Assembly (NCBI GenBank): GCA_937928175.1
Contig: CALFVP010000136.1
Location: 1 to 26,977 of the forward strand
Length of the DNA: 26,977 nucleotides
From: an uncultured bacterium
Lineage (GTDB): Bacteria > Spirochaetota > Brevinematia > DTOW01
Direction of reading: 5' to 3'
Positions 1-8,370 of the stretch are shown here, piece after piece. The position numbers and the translations under genes are program-made. The stretch's first letter is position 1; each line of letters begins with the position of its first letter. The notes beneath the pieces were generated by a model that was not told the DNA's origin, made no database searches, and worked only from the letters and a program-made list of their open reading frames with translations.

Positions 1-30
1 TATCAAAAGTAAAAAATATACAACTCTCAT
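1..30 (-). CDS. 5' end of a divergent gene running off the window (MRVVYFLLLI...), possibly a signal peptide
   Basis: Minus-strand ATG at 30 with AGGAGGT Shine-Dalgarno at 41-47; the frame is open to the window edge and hydrophobic. Only 10 codons are visible. Confidence 0.6.
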   Translation of the reverse strand, partial: MRVVYFLLLI

Positions 31-57
31 AATATACAAAACCTCCTTTATAAGATT

Positions 58-148
58 ATAATACTACACATTTAGTAAAATTTCAAGTTTTAAAAGAATA
101 ACAAAAAGTTGAAATAATTTCAAAAATAGAATGGTACCCAATTATAAT
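58..148. promoter_or_regulatory. Divergent promoter region (upstream gene / pfkA)
   Basis: Minus strand: TTGAAA(81-86)-N17-TATTAT(58-63). Plus strand: TTCAAA(119-124)-N18-TATAAT(143-148). Inverted ATTTCAA...TTGAAAT at 80-86/109-115. Pattern match only in AT-rich DNA. Confidence 0.35.
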
Positions 149-163
149 TCTTTGAGGGCGAAC

Positions 164-1141
164 ATGAGTATAAAGAGTATAGCAGTTTTAACAAGTGGTG
201 GAGATTCAGCGGGAATGAACCCGTGCATAAGATCTGTTGTAAGGTACGCTATATACAACGGATTAAAGGTTTTTGGTGTTTACAGAGGTTATAAAGGACT
301 TGTAAACGGTGAAATATTTGAAATGAATGCATCATCAGTAGGAGGAATAATAAACAGAGGTGGAACGATACTTTATACGGCAAGGTTACCAGAATTTAAG
401 CAATACGAAACTAGAAAAAAAGCAGCCGAAAACCTTGAAAAGCTAGGAATAGATGCGTTAGTGGTTATAGGAGGAGATGGTTCATTTAGAGGAGCACACC
501 AATTTCACAAAGATTTTGGAATAAAAGTAATAGGTATACCAGGAACTATCGACAATGACATAAAGGGAACAGATTACACAATTGGATACGATACTGCAAT
601 AAATATTGCAATGGATGCTATAGATAAGATAAGAGACACTGCAACATCACACGAAAGATTATTCATAGTAGAAGTTATGGGAAGAGACGCTGGATACATT
701 GCAAATGCCGTTGGATTAGCATCAGGAGCTGAAGATGTACTAATACCTGAAATAGAAATAAGTTTAGAAGAAACAATTGAGAGAATAGTCCAGGGTAGAA
801 AAAGAGGCAAAACAAGCAGTATTATAGTAGTCTCAGAAGGAGCTAAGATTTCTATGGACATACTTCATCTTGCAGGATACATAGAAGGTAAAACCGGGTT
901 TGAAACTAGAGTAACAATTCTAGGTCACTTACAAAGAGGCGGATCACCAACAGCATTGGACAGAATATACGCTTCAAGAATGGGCGCATACGCCGTAGAA
1001 CTCCTTATCAAAGGAGAAACCGATAAAATGGTAGGAATAGTATCAGATGAACTAGTATCGTTACCACTAGAAGAAGCATTCGAAAAGAAAAAAGATTTCG
1101 ATGAAAACGTCTACAAGTTAATAAGAATACTTTCCATATAG
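164..1141 (+). CDS. pfkA: ATP-dependent 6-phosphofructokinase
   Basis: Motifs LTSGGDSAGMN, GGTILYTAR, GGDGS, PGTIDND, EVMGR, LGHLQRGG; Gly in GGDGS and PGTIDND indicates the ATP type. Start at 164 (MSIKSIAVL) chosen over ORF-track 131 because of GAGG at 154-157 and the family N-terminus. Confidence 0.97.
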   Translation: MSIKSIAVLTSGGDSAGMNPCIRSVVRYAIYNGLKVFGVYRGYKGLVNGEIFEMNASSVGGIINRGGTILYTARLPEFKQYETRKKAAENLEKLGIDALVVIGGDGSFRGAHQFHKDFGIKVIGIPGTIDNDIKGTDYTIGYDTAINIAMDAIDKIRDTATSHERLFIVEVMGRDAGYIANAVGLASGAEDVLIPEIEISLEETIERIVQGRKRGKTSSIIVVSEGAKISMDILHLAGYIEGKTGFETRVTILGHLQRGGSPTALDRIYASRMGAYAVELLIKGETDKMVGIVSDELVSLPLEEAFEKKKDFDENVYKLIRILSI

Positions 1142-1143
1142 AA

Positions 1144-2367
1144 ATGAATATAAAAAAAATAGAAAACTTTAAAAACATAAACTTAATATCAATTGCCGAG
1201 AGATTTGGAACACCAATATACGTATACAACCTCGATAAAATAGAAGAAAACTTTAAAAAACTAACAAATTCTATACCTTATGAAAACAAAAAAATACTCT
1301 TTGCTATGAAATCAAATTTCAATGAAGAAATACTAAAACTTATAAAACGTTTAGGTGGAGGAATAGATACAATATCAATAGGAGAAATAAAATACGCAAT
1401 TCAAATAGGATTTAAAAAAGAAGATATACTATTTACAGGAATAGGAATATCAAACGAAGAGATAGAATTCTGCGCTAAGAATAATATAATACCAAATGTA
1501 GGTTCTATTGATCTTTTAACTAGAATAGGGGTAAAATTCCCAGGAAGTAAGGTAAGCATAAGAATAAATCCAGACTACGGAGCAGGACATCACGACCATG
1601 TAATAACAGGAGGCCCACAAAGTAAATTCGGAATATACGAATCATACCTCGAAGAAGTAAAAAACATTTCAAAAAAATTTAACTTAACAATATCAGGTAT
1701 ACATTTCCATATAGGCTCAGGTATTCTAGATTATAAACTCTACATAGAAGCAATAAAAAAAGCTATAGACATTTCAACTATTTTTGAAGATGTAGAATTT
1801 ATAGACATAGGCGGTGGTATAGGAATACCATACAAAGAAAATCAAAATGAATTCGACTTAAAAGCATTCGGAGAAGAAATATCAAAACTTATGGAAAACT
1901 TCTCAATTAAAGAAAAAAGAAACGTAAAACTTTTACTAGAACCTGGAAGATACTTAGTTGCAGAAAGCGGCGTTTTAATTGCAAAAGTGGTAGAAATAAA
2001 AAATACCCCCATTTACAAATTCGTCATAATAAACACAGGGTTTAACCACTTAGTAAGACCAGTAATGTATGGAAGTTATCACGAAATAATTAACATATCA
2101 AAAATGAATACAGAAGAAACAGAAGACCAAGTTATAGCAGGAAACGTGTGCGAAAGCGGAGATATATTTACAAGAGACGAAAACGGAATAGTACCAAGAA
2201 AATTACCAAAAGCAGACTACGGCGATATAATAGGAATATTTGATACTGGAGCATACGGATTTGTAATGGCTTCACACTACAACCTAAGAAAATTACCCCT
2301 AGAAATAGTCGTAAAAAACGGCAAAATAAAGAAAACTAAAAGAAACTACATAAAATACATAACCTAA
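1144..2367 (+). CDS. lysA: Diaminopimelate decarboxylase
   Basis: FGTPIYVY, PLP lysine in FAMKSN, SKFG, HFHIGS, DIGGG, EPGRYLV, GNVCESGD, GAYG; starts 2 nt after the pfkA stop. Confidence 0.96.
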   Translation: MNIKKIENFKNINLISIAERFGTPIYVYNLDKIEENFKKLTNSIPYENKKILFAMKSNFNEEILKLIKRLGGGIDTISIGEIKYAIQIGFKKEDILFTGIGISNEEIEFCAKNNIIPNVGSIDLLTRIGVKFPGSKVSIRINPDYGAGHHDHVITGGPQSKFGIYESYLEEVKNISKKFNLTISGIHFHIGSGILDYKLYIEAIKKAIDISTIFEDVEFIDIGGGIGIPYKENQNEFDLKAFGEEISKLMENFSIKEKRNVKLLLEPGRYLVAESGVLIAKVVEIKNTPIYKFVIINTGFNHLVRPVMYGSYHEIINISKMNTEETEDQVIAGNVCESGDIFTRDENGIVPRKLPKADYGDIIGIFDTGAYGFVMASHYNLRKLPLEIVVKNGKIKKTKRNYIKYIT

Positions 2368-2424
2368 AATAAAAAACTTTAACATTAAAATAAAAAATGT
2401 TATTAAATTTAAGTTATAAGAAAA

Positions 2425-3288
2425 ATGTTAACAATAGTACTTAGCAGAAGAAAAATACTTGAAGAATACTTAAAAAAGATAGGTTTTTCTAACGTTCTAA
2501 CAACTATACCAAATCTAAGTAATATCTCAGATTTGAATAACACCACTATAATAACAGATTCTCTAAAACTAATACCAACTATAAAAAAACAACTTACACC
2601 CAGAAAAAAATACGTAATCATATTCATCTCTGGAATCTCACACCAAAAAAAAGTAATTAAGTCTTCTTACGAAACAAATCTAATAAAAAATATGATATCA
2701 GACATCATCATAGAAAAAACTACTCCAACAAAAGTGACCCCCATACAATCAAAACAAGATATACTAACAGAAGAACACATAATACAAGAAAACATAAAAA
2801 ATACTCCAGAAATATCAATTGACAGAATTATATCATTCGTTAACAAATTACAAATATCCAGAAGGATAAAAGACAATATAATAATAGCTTCATCGGAAAT
2901 AATAGATAACATAATAGAGCCAAACTTACTTTTGAGTGAGTTAACCTCAAAAATAAAAATCCGTTTCACATTAGATAAAGATATTTTAGGGATAACAATA
3001 AGCGATTACATAGGAATAGCAGATATATACTCAATATCAAAATCTTTAGAAAACTCTTTTACAACACAAAGATTAGTTTTACCAGGCCTAGAATACACAA
3101 GTTCCAGAGGCAGGGGGTATACAATAATAAGAAAAACCTCAGATTTTGTAACAACAAAGATACTAGGACCTGAAAGTTATAAAAAGTTCAACGAAGAAAA
3201 TCCTTTTACAGAAACGACAATAGTGTATCTACTAAATAGGAAAGTAAGGAAAAAAATAAGTTTAAGCATGGTAGTGGAATTTATATAG
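2425..3288 (+). CDS. Hypothetical protein with a C-terminal degenerate HATPase_c (RsbW/SpoIIAB anti-sigma kinase-like) domain
   Basis: IIIASSEIIDNIIE (N-box-like), ITISDYIG (G1-like), SSRGRGYTIIRKTSD (G2-like, cf. GRGL.LM..LMD); the N-terminal ~130 aa are unassigned. Confidence 0.6.
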   Translation: MLTIVLSRRKILEEYLKKIGFSNVLTTIPNLSNISDLNNTTIITDSLKLIPTIKKQLTPRKKYVIIFISGISHQKKVIKSSYETNLIKNMISDIIIEKTTPTKVTPIQSKQDILTEEHIIQENIKNTPEISIDRIISFVNKLQISRRIKDNIIIASSEIIDNIIEPNLLLSELTSKIKIRFTLDKDILGITISDYIGIADIYSISKSLENSFTTQRLVLPGLEYTSSRGRGYTIIRKTSDFVTTKILGPESYKKFNEENPFTETTIVYLLNRKVRKKISLSMVVEFI

Positions 3289-3294
3289 AATGAT

Positions 3295-3383
3295 CGGAGG
3301 GAGAGGGATTCGAACCCCCGGTACCCTGTGAAGGGTACTGCAGTTTTCAAGACTGCTGCCTTCGTCCGCTCGGCCATCCCTCC
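3295..3383 (-). tRNA. tRNA-Ser (TGA), CCA not encoded
   Basis: Minus strand GGAGGGA...TCCCTCC-G acceptor stem; anticodon arm GCAGT-CT TGA AA-ACTGC; long variable arm GTACCC-TTCACA-GGGTAC; T arm with GGTTCGAATCC. Confidence 0.98.
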
Positions 3384-3396
3384 TAAAAACTTTCCA

Positions 3397-4050
3397 TCAC
3401 TTTACAAGTTGATACTTTTTTATAGCTTCCCTTATCAATAAATAGCTTCCATTGTACCCTGGAACTGCTCCTTTCACAAGAAGCAAATTTTTATCTTTGT
3501 CAATATCAACAACTTCTAAGTTTTGGACTGTAACTTTTTTATTTCCCATTCTACCTGCCATCTTTTTACCTTTCCAAACTTTAGCAGGAAACGTATGCTG
3601 ACCTATTGAACCTGGCCTTCTGTGAAAAACAGACTGCCCGTGAGAATCCGGTGCACCAGAAAAACCCCATCTTTTCATAGTACCTTGAAATCCCCTACCT
3701 TTCGAATATCCACTAATATCAACAAATTTAACACCCTCAAAGTAAGAAACATCTATAACATCACCTTTATTGAACTTAGATATATCCTGAACTCTAAACT
3801 CTCTTACTATAGCAGGTCTATAAACTACTTTGTATCTATCTTTGTTTTCCTTATCCCTAACTTTACGCTTTACAGAACCAAAACCTAACTGTATAGCACT
3901 ATATCCATCCTTTTCAGGAGTCCTTATTCCTAAAACAGTACAAGGTCCTGCCTTTATAACCGTAACAGGAATAACATTCTCACCTACAAAAACCTGCGTC
4001 ATTCCAACCTTCTGACCAATAAGCCCTTTACCTACAAAACTTTTACCCAT
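3397..4050 (-). CDS. rplC: 50S ribosomal protein L3
   Basis: KVGMTQVF, GYSAIQLG, SKGRGFQGTMKRWGF, HRRPGSIG, KGKKMAGRMG, VKGAVPG. Start at 4050 has GGAGG at 4056-4060; the ORF-track ATG at 4062 overlaps that SD. Confidence 0.98.
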   Translation of the reverse strand: MGKSFVGKGLIGQKVGMTQVFVGENVIPVTVIKAGPCTVLGIRTPEKDGYSAIQLGFGSVKRKVRDKENKDRYKVVYRPAIVREFRVQDISKFNKGDVIDVSYFEGVKFVDISGYSKGRGFQGTMKRWGFSGAPDSHGQSVFHRRPGSIGQHTFPAKVWKGKKMAGRMGNKKVTVQNLEVVDIDKDKNLLLVKGAVPGYNGSYLLIREAIKKYQLVK

Positions 4051-4070
4051 AAAATCCTCCATAAAAGAAA

Positions 4071-4133
4071 CAATCCCAAGGGATATACTCCCAAGGGATA
4101 TAATCCCGAGGGATACAATCCCGAAGGATATCC
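4071..4133. repeat. Tandem array of four 15-bp units, each containing a 12-bp hyphenated palindrome (ATCCC-RA-GGGAT)
   Basis: caatcccaagggata / tactcccaagggata / taatcccgagggata / caatcccgaaggata fill most of the rpsJ-rplC spacer. Confidence 0.95.
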
Positions 4134-4139
4134 CACAAT

Positions 4140-4448
4140 TTAATCTTGCTTTATCTCAACATCAACAGAAGGAAGTATCTCTAATCTAAGAAGAGCGTCT
4201 ATAACTTCCTGCGAAGGCTCGAGTATATCAATTAACCTTCTATGTAATCTGTACTCAAAATGTTCTCTTGAATCTTTATCCACGTGTGGTGATCTTAAAA
4301 CTGTATACCTTTTTATTTTAGTTGGCAAAGGAATCGGACCAACCACTTCAACTCCAACATTCCTTACCACGTTACATATATCCTTAGCTGTTTTATCTAT
4401 AACTTCTGCATCGTATGATTTGAGTTTAACTCTTATTCTAGTAACCAT
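4140..4448 (-). CDS. rpsJ: 30S ribosomal protein S10
   Basis: [43 protein letters not shown] at 4448 is preceded by GGTGATAGGT. Confidence 0.98.
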   Translation of the reverse strand: MVTRIRVKLKSYDAEVIDKTAKDICNVVRNVGVEVVGPIPLPTKIKRYTVLRSPHVDKDSREHFEYRLHRRLIDILEPSQEVIDALLRLEILPSVDVEIKQD

Positions 4449-4460
4449 ACCTATCACCAA

Positions 4461-5651
4461 TTATTCAATAATCTCTGTTACAACACCAGCACCAACAGTT
4501 TTACCACCTTCTCTTATAGCAAACCTTAATCCTTTCTCCATTGCAACTGGGTATATAAGTTCAACTTCAACGTTAACGTTATCACCAGGTACAACCATTT
4601 CGCCAGGTATCTTCACAATAGTACCCGTAACATCCGCTGTTCTGAAGAAGAACTGAGGTCTATAACCAGCAAAAAATGGAGTATGTCTTCCACCTTCTTC
4701 TTTCTTTAGCACGTATATTTCTGCTTTAAATCTCTTATGAGGCGTCACAGAACCAGGTTTACAAACAATCTGTCCTCTCCAAACTTCATCTTTACCAACA
4801 CCCCTTAATAGCAATCCAGCATTGTCACCAGCAATAGCTGAATCCAATTCTTTTCTAAACATTTCTATAGAAGTAACAACTGTCTTCTTAACCTCATAAG
4901 ATAACCCAACTATTTCTACCTCTTCACCTGGTGTAATCTTACCTCTCTCAACTCTACCAGTAACAACAGTACCTCTACCAGAAATAGAGAATATATCTTC
5001 AATAGGCATAAGAAACGGCTTATCAATATCTCTAACTGGCTCAGGTACATAATTATCAAGAGCTTCTATAAGTTCTAAAATACATTTACCATCAGTTTCC
5101 GGATCTGGGTTAGTCATAGCTTTATAAGCTGACCCTCTAATAACTGGAACTTTATCACCAGGATAACCGTACTTCTTTAGTAGATCTCTAACATCCTCTT
5201 CAACAATATCGATAATCTCAGGATCATCAACCATATCAACTTTATTCAAAAACACAACAATGTAAGGAACACCAACCTGCCTTGAAAGCAAAACATGTTC
5301 CCTTGTCTGTGGCATAACACCATCATTTGCAGCAACAACAAGTATAGCACCATCCATCTGCGCAGCACCAGTAACCATATTCTTCACGTAATCAGCATGA
5401 CCAGGACAATCAATATGAGCGTAATGCCTCTTATCACTTTCATACTCTATATGCTGTATCTGAATAGTTATACCTCTAGCTTTTTCTTCAGGAGCATTGT
5501 CAATATCATCATAATTCTTCTCTTTAGCGTAACCTTTCTTTGCTAAAACTTTTGTAATAGCAGAAGTTAAAGTTGTCTTACCATGATCAACATGACCTAT
5601 TGTACCCACATTCACATGTGGTTTCTTCCTTTCAAATTTTCCCTCAGCCAT
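4461..5651 (-). CDS. tuf: Elongation factor Tu
   Basis: [56 protein letters not shown]; SD GGGAGG. Confidence 0.99.
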   Translation of the reverse strand: MAEGKFERKKPHVNVGTIGHVDHGKTTLTSAITKVLAKKGYAKEKNYDDIDNAPEEKARGITIQIQHIEYESDKRHYAHIDCPGHADYVKNMVTGAAQMDGAILVVAANDGVMPQTREHVLLSRQVGVPYIVVFLNKVDMVDDPEIIDIVEEDVRDLLKKYGYPGDKVPVIRGSAYKAMTNPDPETDGKCILELIEALDNYVPEPVRDIDKPFLMPIEDIFSISGRGTVVTGRVERGKITPGEEVEIVGLSYEVKKTVVTSIEMFRKELDSAIAGDNAGLLLRGVGKDEVWRGQIVCKPGSVTPHKRFKAEIYVLKKEEGGRHTPFFAGYRPQFFFRTADVTGTIVKIPGEMVVPGDNVNVEVELIYPVAMEKGLRFAIREGGKTVGAGVVTEIIE

Positions 5652-5683
5652 AAAAACCTCCCAAACAAAGTTATTTGTACCTA

Positions 5684-5713
5684 ATTATAACAAAACCAAA
5701 ATTAACAATACAA
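5684..5713 (-). promoter_or_regulatory. Sigma70-type promoter for tuf-rpsJ-rplC-tRNA-Ser
   Basis: TTGTAT(5708-5713)-N18-TATAAT(5684-5689) with an extended -10 TGn, in the mlaD-tuf spacer. Confidence 0.6.
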
Positions 5714-5721
5714 ATTAAAAA

Positions 5722-6597
5722 TCACCTAATTACACTTTTCAAAGAAACAGCAATGTCATTAAGATTCTTACTCAACCTCTCTAAATTGTTTATTACACCA
5801 CTTATATTTCTTTTGTTATTCTTAAGATCCTCAGTTATCTCAGATATATCGCTAGTTATCTTATTTGCATTCTTCAAAATCTTACCTAAATTCTCATCCT
5901 TTAAAACCCTCTCTAAACTATCTAAAACAACGATCAAACTATCAACCATTTTAGGTAAACTGGTATCTAAAAAGTTATCAACCGATGGTAAAGTGGATGT
6001 GTTAATCTTCGTAATCGAACTGTTAATATTCGTAAGTATAACATTAACACCCCTCAGTACCTTAGATAATTCCCCATCATCACTAACATAATCAAGAATG
6101 AAAGACGTCAATAAAGAAATATTATTTATTATCTTACTTATATCCTCTTCTGGAGAATAATAACCTCTCAACTTTGTCAAAATTTTACCTTCGTAAGTAT
6201 CAGGTGAGTAAACCATATCACCAGGTCTTAAAAAACCAGATTCACTACTACCTGGAACTATCTCAAACCTTCTGCCACCCAACAACTCAGATCTAGCTAA
6301 AAATATAGAATCAGATTTTACCTTGTTAGTATACTCCACATACACATAAAAATCAATCCTAAAAGTATCATCATCAAGTAATAAAACCTTATCTATCTTA
6401 CCAATAGTAATACCTTTGTAATATATCTTCTTACCGGAAGAAACATCAGAAGCAACTTTAAGAATAGTATAATAGTAAACTTTACCCCTAAACCAATCAC
6501 TAGCTCTACCCGAAAGTAATATAAGTATAAACAAAAGAATAACCGAAAAAACTATCAAAAACCCAACTAACTTCTCTAATACACTGAATTTATACAT
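5722..6597 (-). CDS. MlaD/MCE-family protein with a long C-terminal helical region
   Basis: N-terminal TM (LVGFLIVFSVILLFILILL); MCE signature SGKKIYYKGITIGKIDKV and SELLGGRRFEIVPG; helical/heptad-like tail. Confidence 0.88.
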   Translation of the reverse strand: MYKFSVLEKLVGFLIVFSVILLFILILLSGRASDWFRGKVYYYTILKVASDVSSGKKIYYKGITIGKIDKVLLLDDDTFRIDFYVYVEYTNKVKSDSIFLARSELLGGRRFEIVPGSSESGFLRPGDMVYSPDTYEGKILTKLRGYYSPEEDISKIINNISLLTSFILDYVSDDGELSKVLRGVNVILTNINSSITKINTSTLPSVDNFLDTSLPKMVDSLIVVLDSLERVLKDENLGKILKNANKITSDISEITEDLKNNKRNISGVINNLERLSKNLNDIAVSLKSVIR

Positions 6598-6604
6598 AAA
6601 AGCA

Positions 6605-6634
6605 ATTATAAACCTAAAACCACAAATATATCAA
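6605..6634 (-). promoter_or_regulatory. Sigma70-type promoter directly upstream of the MCE gene (likely leaderless transcript)
   Basis: TTGATA(6629-6634)-N18-TATAAT(6605-6610); ATG begins at 6597; no SD. Confidence 0.55.
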
Positions 6635-6712
6635 TATATAAAAGATTTTTACTTTAAAAAAAGTAAAGTCATACTTTAAACTTAAATTCAAGTTCTTAAG
6701 GAGTTAAAACAA

Positions 6713-7333
6713 ATGCTAAAGTTAAATTTTTCATTAGAAGATGTAAAGTTTGATGAACAAGGGTTATTACCAGCAATAATACAAGACATAACAACTGGTA
6801 AAGTACTAATGCTAGGGTACATGAACCAAGAAGCTTTAATGAAAACAATAGAAACGGGTAAAACGTGGTTTTGGAGTAGATCAAGAAAAAGATTATGGAA
6901 CAAAGGTGAAACATCCGGAAATTACCATGAAGTAATATCTCTAACACTTGATTGCGATAACGATACTCTACTAGTAAAAGTTAAACCTCATGGACCTACA
7001 TGCCACACCGGTAATTACACTTGCTTCTACAAAGAAAAAGAAATACCCCCAGACCCATCAATAATAACCGAAGTATACAACGTAATAATCGAAAGGAAAA
7101 AAACAATGCCAGAAGGATCTTACGTAGCAAAAAAAATCAAAGAAGGAATAGATAGAATACTAAAAAAAATCACAGAAGAAGCAGGAGAATTTATAATAGC
7201 ATCAAAAAACCAAAACGAAAAAGAAATAGTATACGAACTAGCTGATCTAGTATTCCACTCGTTACTAGTACTAGGATACTTTGATATACCCATTGAAAAA
7301 TTGTATGAAGAACTTAAATCAAGAAGAAAATGA
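6713..7333 (+). CDS. hisIE: Bifunctional phosphoribosyl-AMP cyclohydrolase / phosphoribosyl-ATP pyrophosphatase
   Basis: [65 protein letters not shown]; SD AAGGAG at 6698-6703. Confidence 0.97.
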   Translation: MLKLNFSLEDVKFDEQGLLPAIIQDITTGKVLMLGYMNQEALMKTIETGKTWFWSRSRKRLWNKGETSGNYHEVISLTLDCDNDTLLVKVKPHGPTCHTGNYTCFYKEKEIPPDPSIITEVYNVIIERKKTMPEGSYVAKKIKEGIDRILKKITEEAGEFIIASKNQNEKEIVYELADLVFHSLLVLGYFDIPIEKLYEELKSRRK

Positions 7334-7667
7334 TTTCTCATTCCCACAAAAATTACACAAAATAAGATACCTAAAACAATTTAGAAAACTAATAAAAGAA
7401 GGTAAAAATTTTAATCTATCGTTTGGAAATGTAACAGTACTAAAAAACGAAAACTCTATACTGAGGATAGCAATATCAATAAAAAAGAAATTTAATAAAA
7501 AATCAACTCAAAGGAATAAATTAAAAAGAATAATTTCTGAACTACTAAGAAAAGAAAAACATACACTGAAAGGTTTTGATATCTGGGTACAAGTAAAAAA
7601 ACAAACCACTAAAGAAAAAGTCCTAGAAGAATTAAAAAGTATTATAAAAGAGATTAAAACCTCATAG
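7305..7667 (+). CDS. rnpA: Ribonuclease P protein component (divergent); start uncertain (ATG 7305 or TTG 7281)
   Basis: FSFP..K..I...KQF..LIKEG N-terminus, [13 protein letters not shown]-like motif [19 protein letters not shown]; basic, about 120 aa. Confidence 0.85.
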   Translation: MKNLNQEENDFSFPQKLHKIRYLKQFRKLIKEGKNFNLSFGNVTVLKNENSILRIAISIKKKFNKKSTQRNKLKRIISELLRKEKHTLKGFDIWVQVKKQTTKEKVLEELKSIIKEIKTS

Positions 7668-8300
7668 AAAAGAAATATAATCTTCCATCATCTTTATAAC
7701 ATCCAAAGAAACAATATTTCTTGCTTTAATAAAACCAACTATATCGAAAATGCTAACTATAGAAAAAACCTTAATCCCCAGCTCTTCTTCTATTTCAAAT
7801 TTTGCAATTTTATTGCTTTTTCCTATTTCCATTCTATCAACAGATACAACAACACCTAAAATTTTCGGATTACCGTTAATCCTAAGTATATCAACAGACT
7901 CCCTAATAGATAAACCAGAAGTAATAACATCTTCAACTATGACAACTTTATCATCCTCAGATATGCTACCAATAATTTTCCCACCTTCACCATGATCCTT
8001 TACTTCCTTTCTATTAAAAGCAACTTTAACAGTTTTTTTACCTATCTCGTACAACTTCATAGCAGTTACAACAGAAAGAGATATACCCTTATAAGCAGGA
8101 CCAAAAACTAAAGTTACATCAGGAAAATTTTCACCAACAGCAGTAGCGTAAAATTCACCAATTAAAGATAACTTCATTCCATCATTAATCTTTCCAGTGT
8201 CAATAAAATAAGGTGTCTTTCTACCACTTTTAGTCAAAAATTCACCAAAACGAATAACCCCAGATTCTATCAAAAAACTAATAAACTTTTCTTTATCCAC
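7662..8300 (-). CDS. pyrE: Orotate phosphoribosyltransferase
   Basis: FGEFLTKSGRKTPYFID, FGPAYKGI, NRKEVKDHGEGG, PRPP loop VVIVEDVITSG; GTG start; 6-bp convergent overlap with rnpA. Confidence 0.96.
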   Translation of the reverse strand: MDKEKFISFLIESGVIRFGEFLTKSGRKTPYFIDTGKINDGMKLSLIGEFYATAVGENFPDVTLVFGPAYKGISLSVVTAMKLYEIGKKTVKVAFNRKEVKDHGEGGKIIGSISEDDKVVIVEDVITSGLSIRESVDILRINGNPKILGVVVSVDRMEIGKSNKIAKFEIEEELGIKVFSIVSIFDIVGFIKARNIVSLDVIKMMEDYISFL

Positions 8301-8370
8301 AATTAATACCCCTTTAATCTAAATTTTAAAAAAACTCATCAAACCATCACAATAAAATTAATCCCTCACT

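Noticed and set aside
48-61. TTATAA-GA-TTATAA as a PerR/Fur box
   Set aside because: The spacer is 2 nt rather than the 3 nt of the PerR consensus, and such words are frequent in AT-rich DNA.
3289-3300. tRNA-Ser or tmRNA 3' ends as attachment sites of a genomic island
   Set aside because: No integrase, no duplicated 3' tRNA/tmRNA fragment in the window, and the flanking genes look native in composition.
3177-3377. 66-aa minus-strand ORF (MAERTKAAVLKTAVP...)
   Set aside because: It is the tRNA-Ser gene read as codons.
4071-4133. 15-bp array as a mini CRISPR or a transposon end
   Set aside because: No unique spacers between repeats, the period is far too short, and there are no cas or transposase genes.
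5675-6091. 138-aa plus-strand ORF antisense to the MCE gene (also 4420-4656, 574-861, 2667-2969, 16620-16973, 25268-25684, 26079-26447 and the other short track ORFs)
   Set aside because: Shadow frames of well-supported genes on the opposite strand or in another frame; no family motifs or RBS, and long antisense frames are expected with this codon bias.
7330-7365. ATGA-coupled 11-codon ORF ([11 protein letters not shown]) as the true rnpA start via a -1 frameshift at A5 (7348-7352)
   Set aside because: The in-frame upstream sequence FSFP matches the RnpA N-terminal motif, so an ordinary start at 7305 is simpler.
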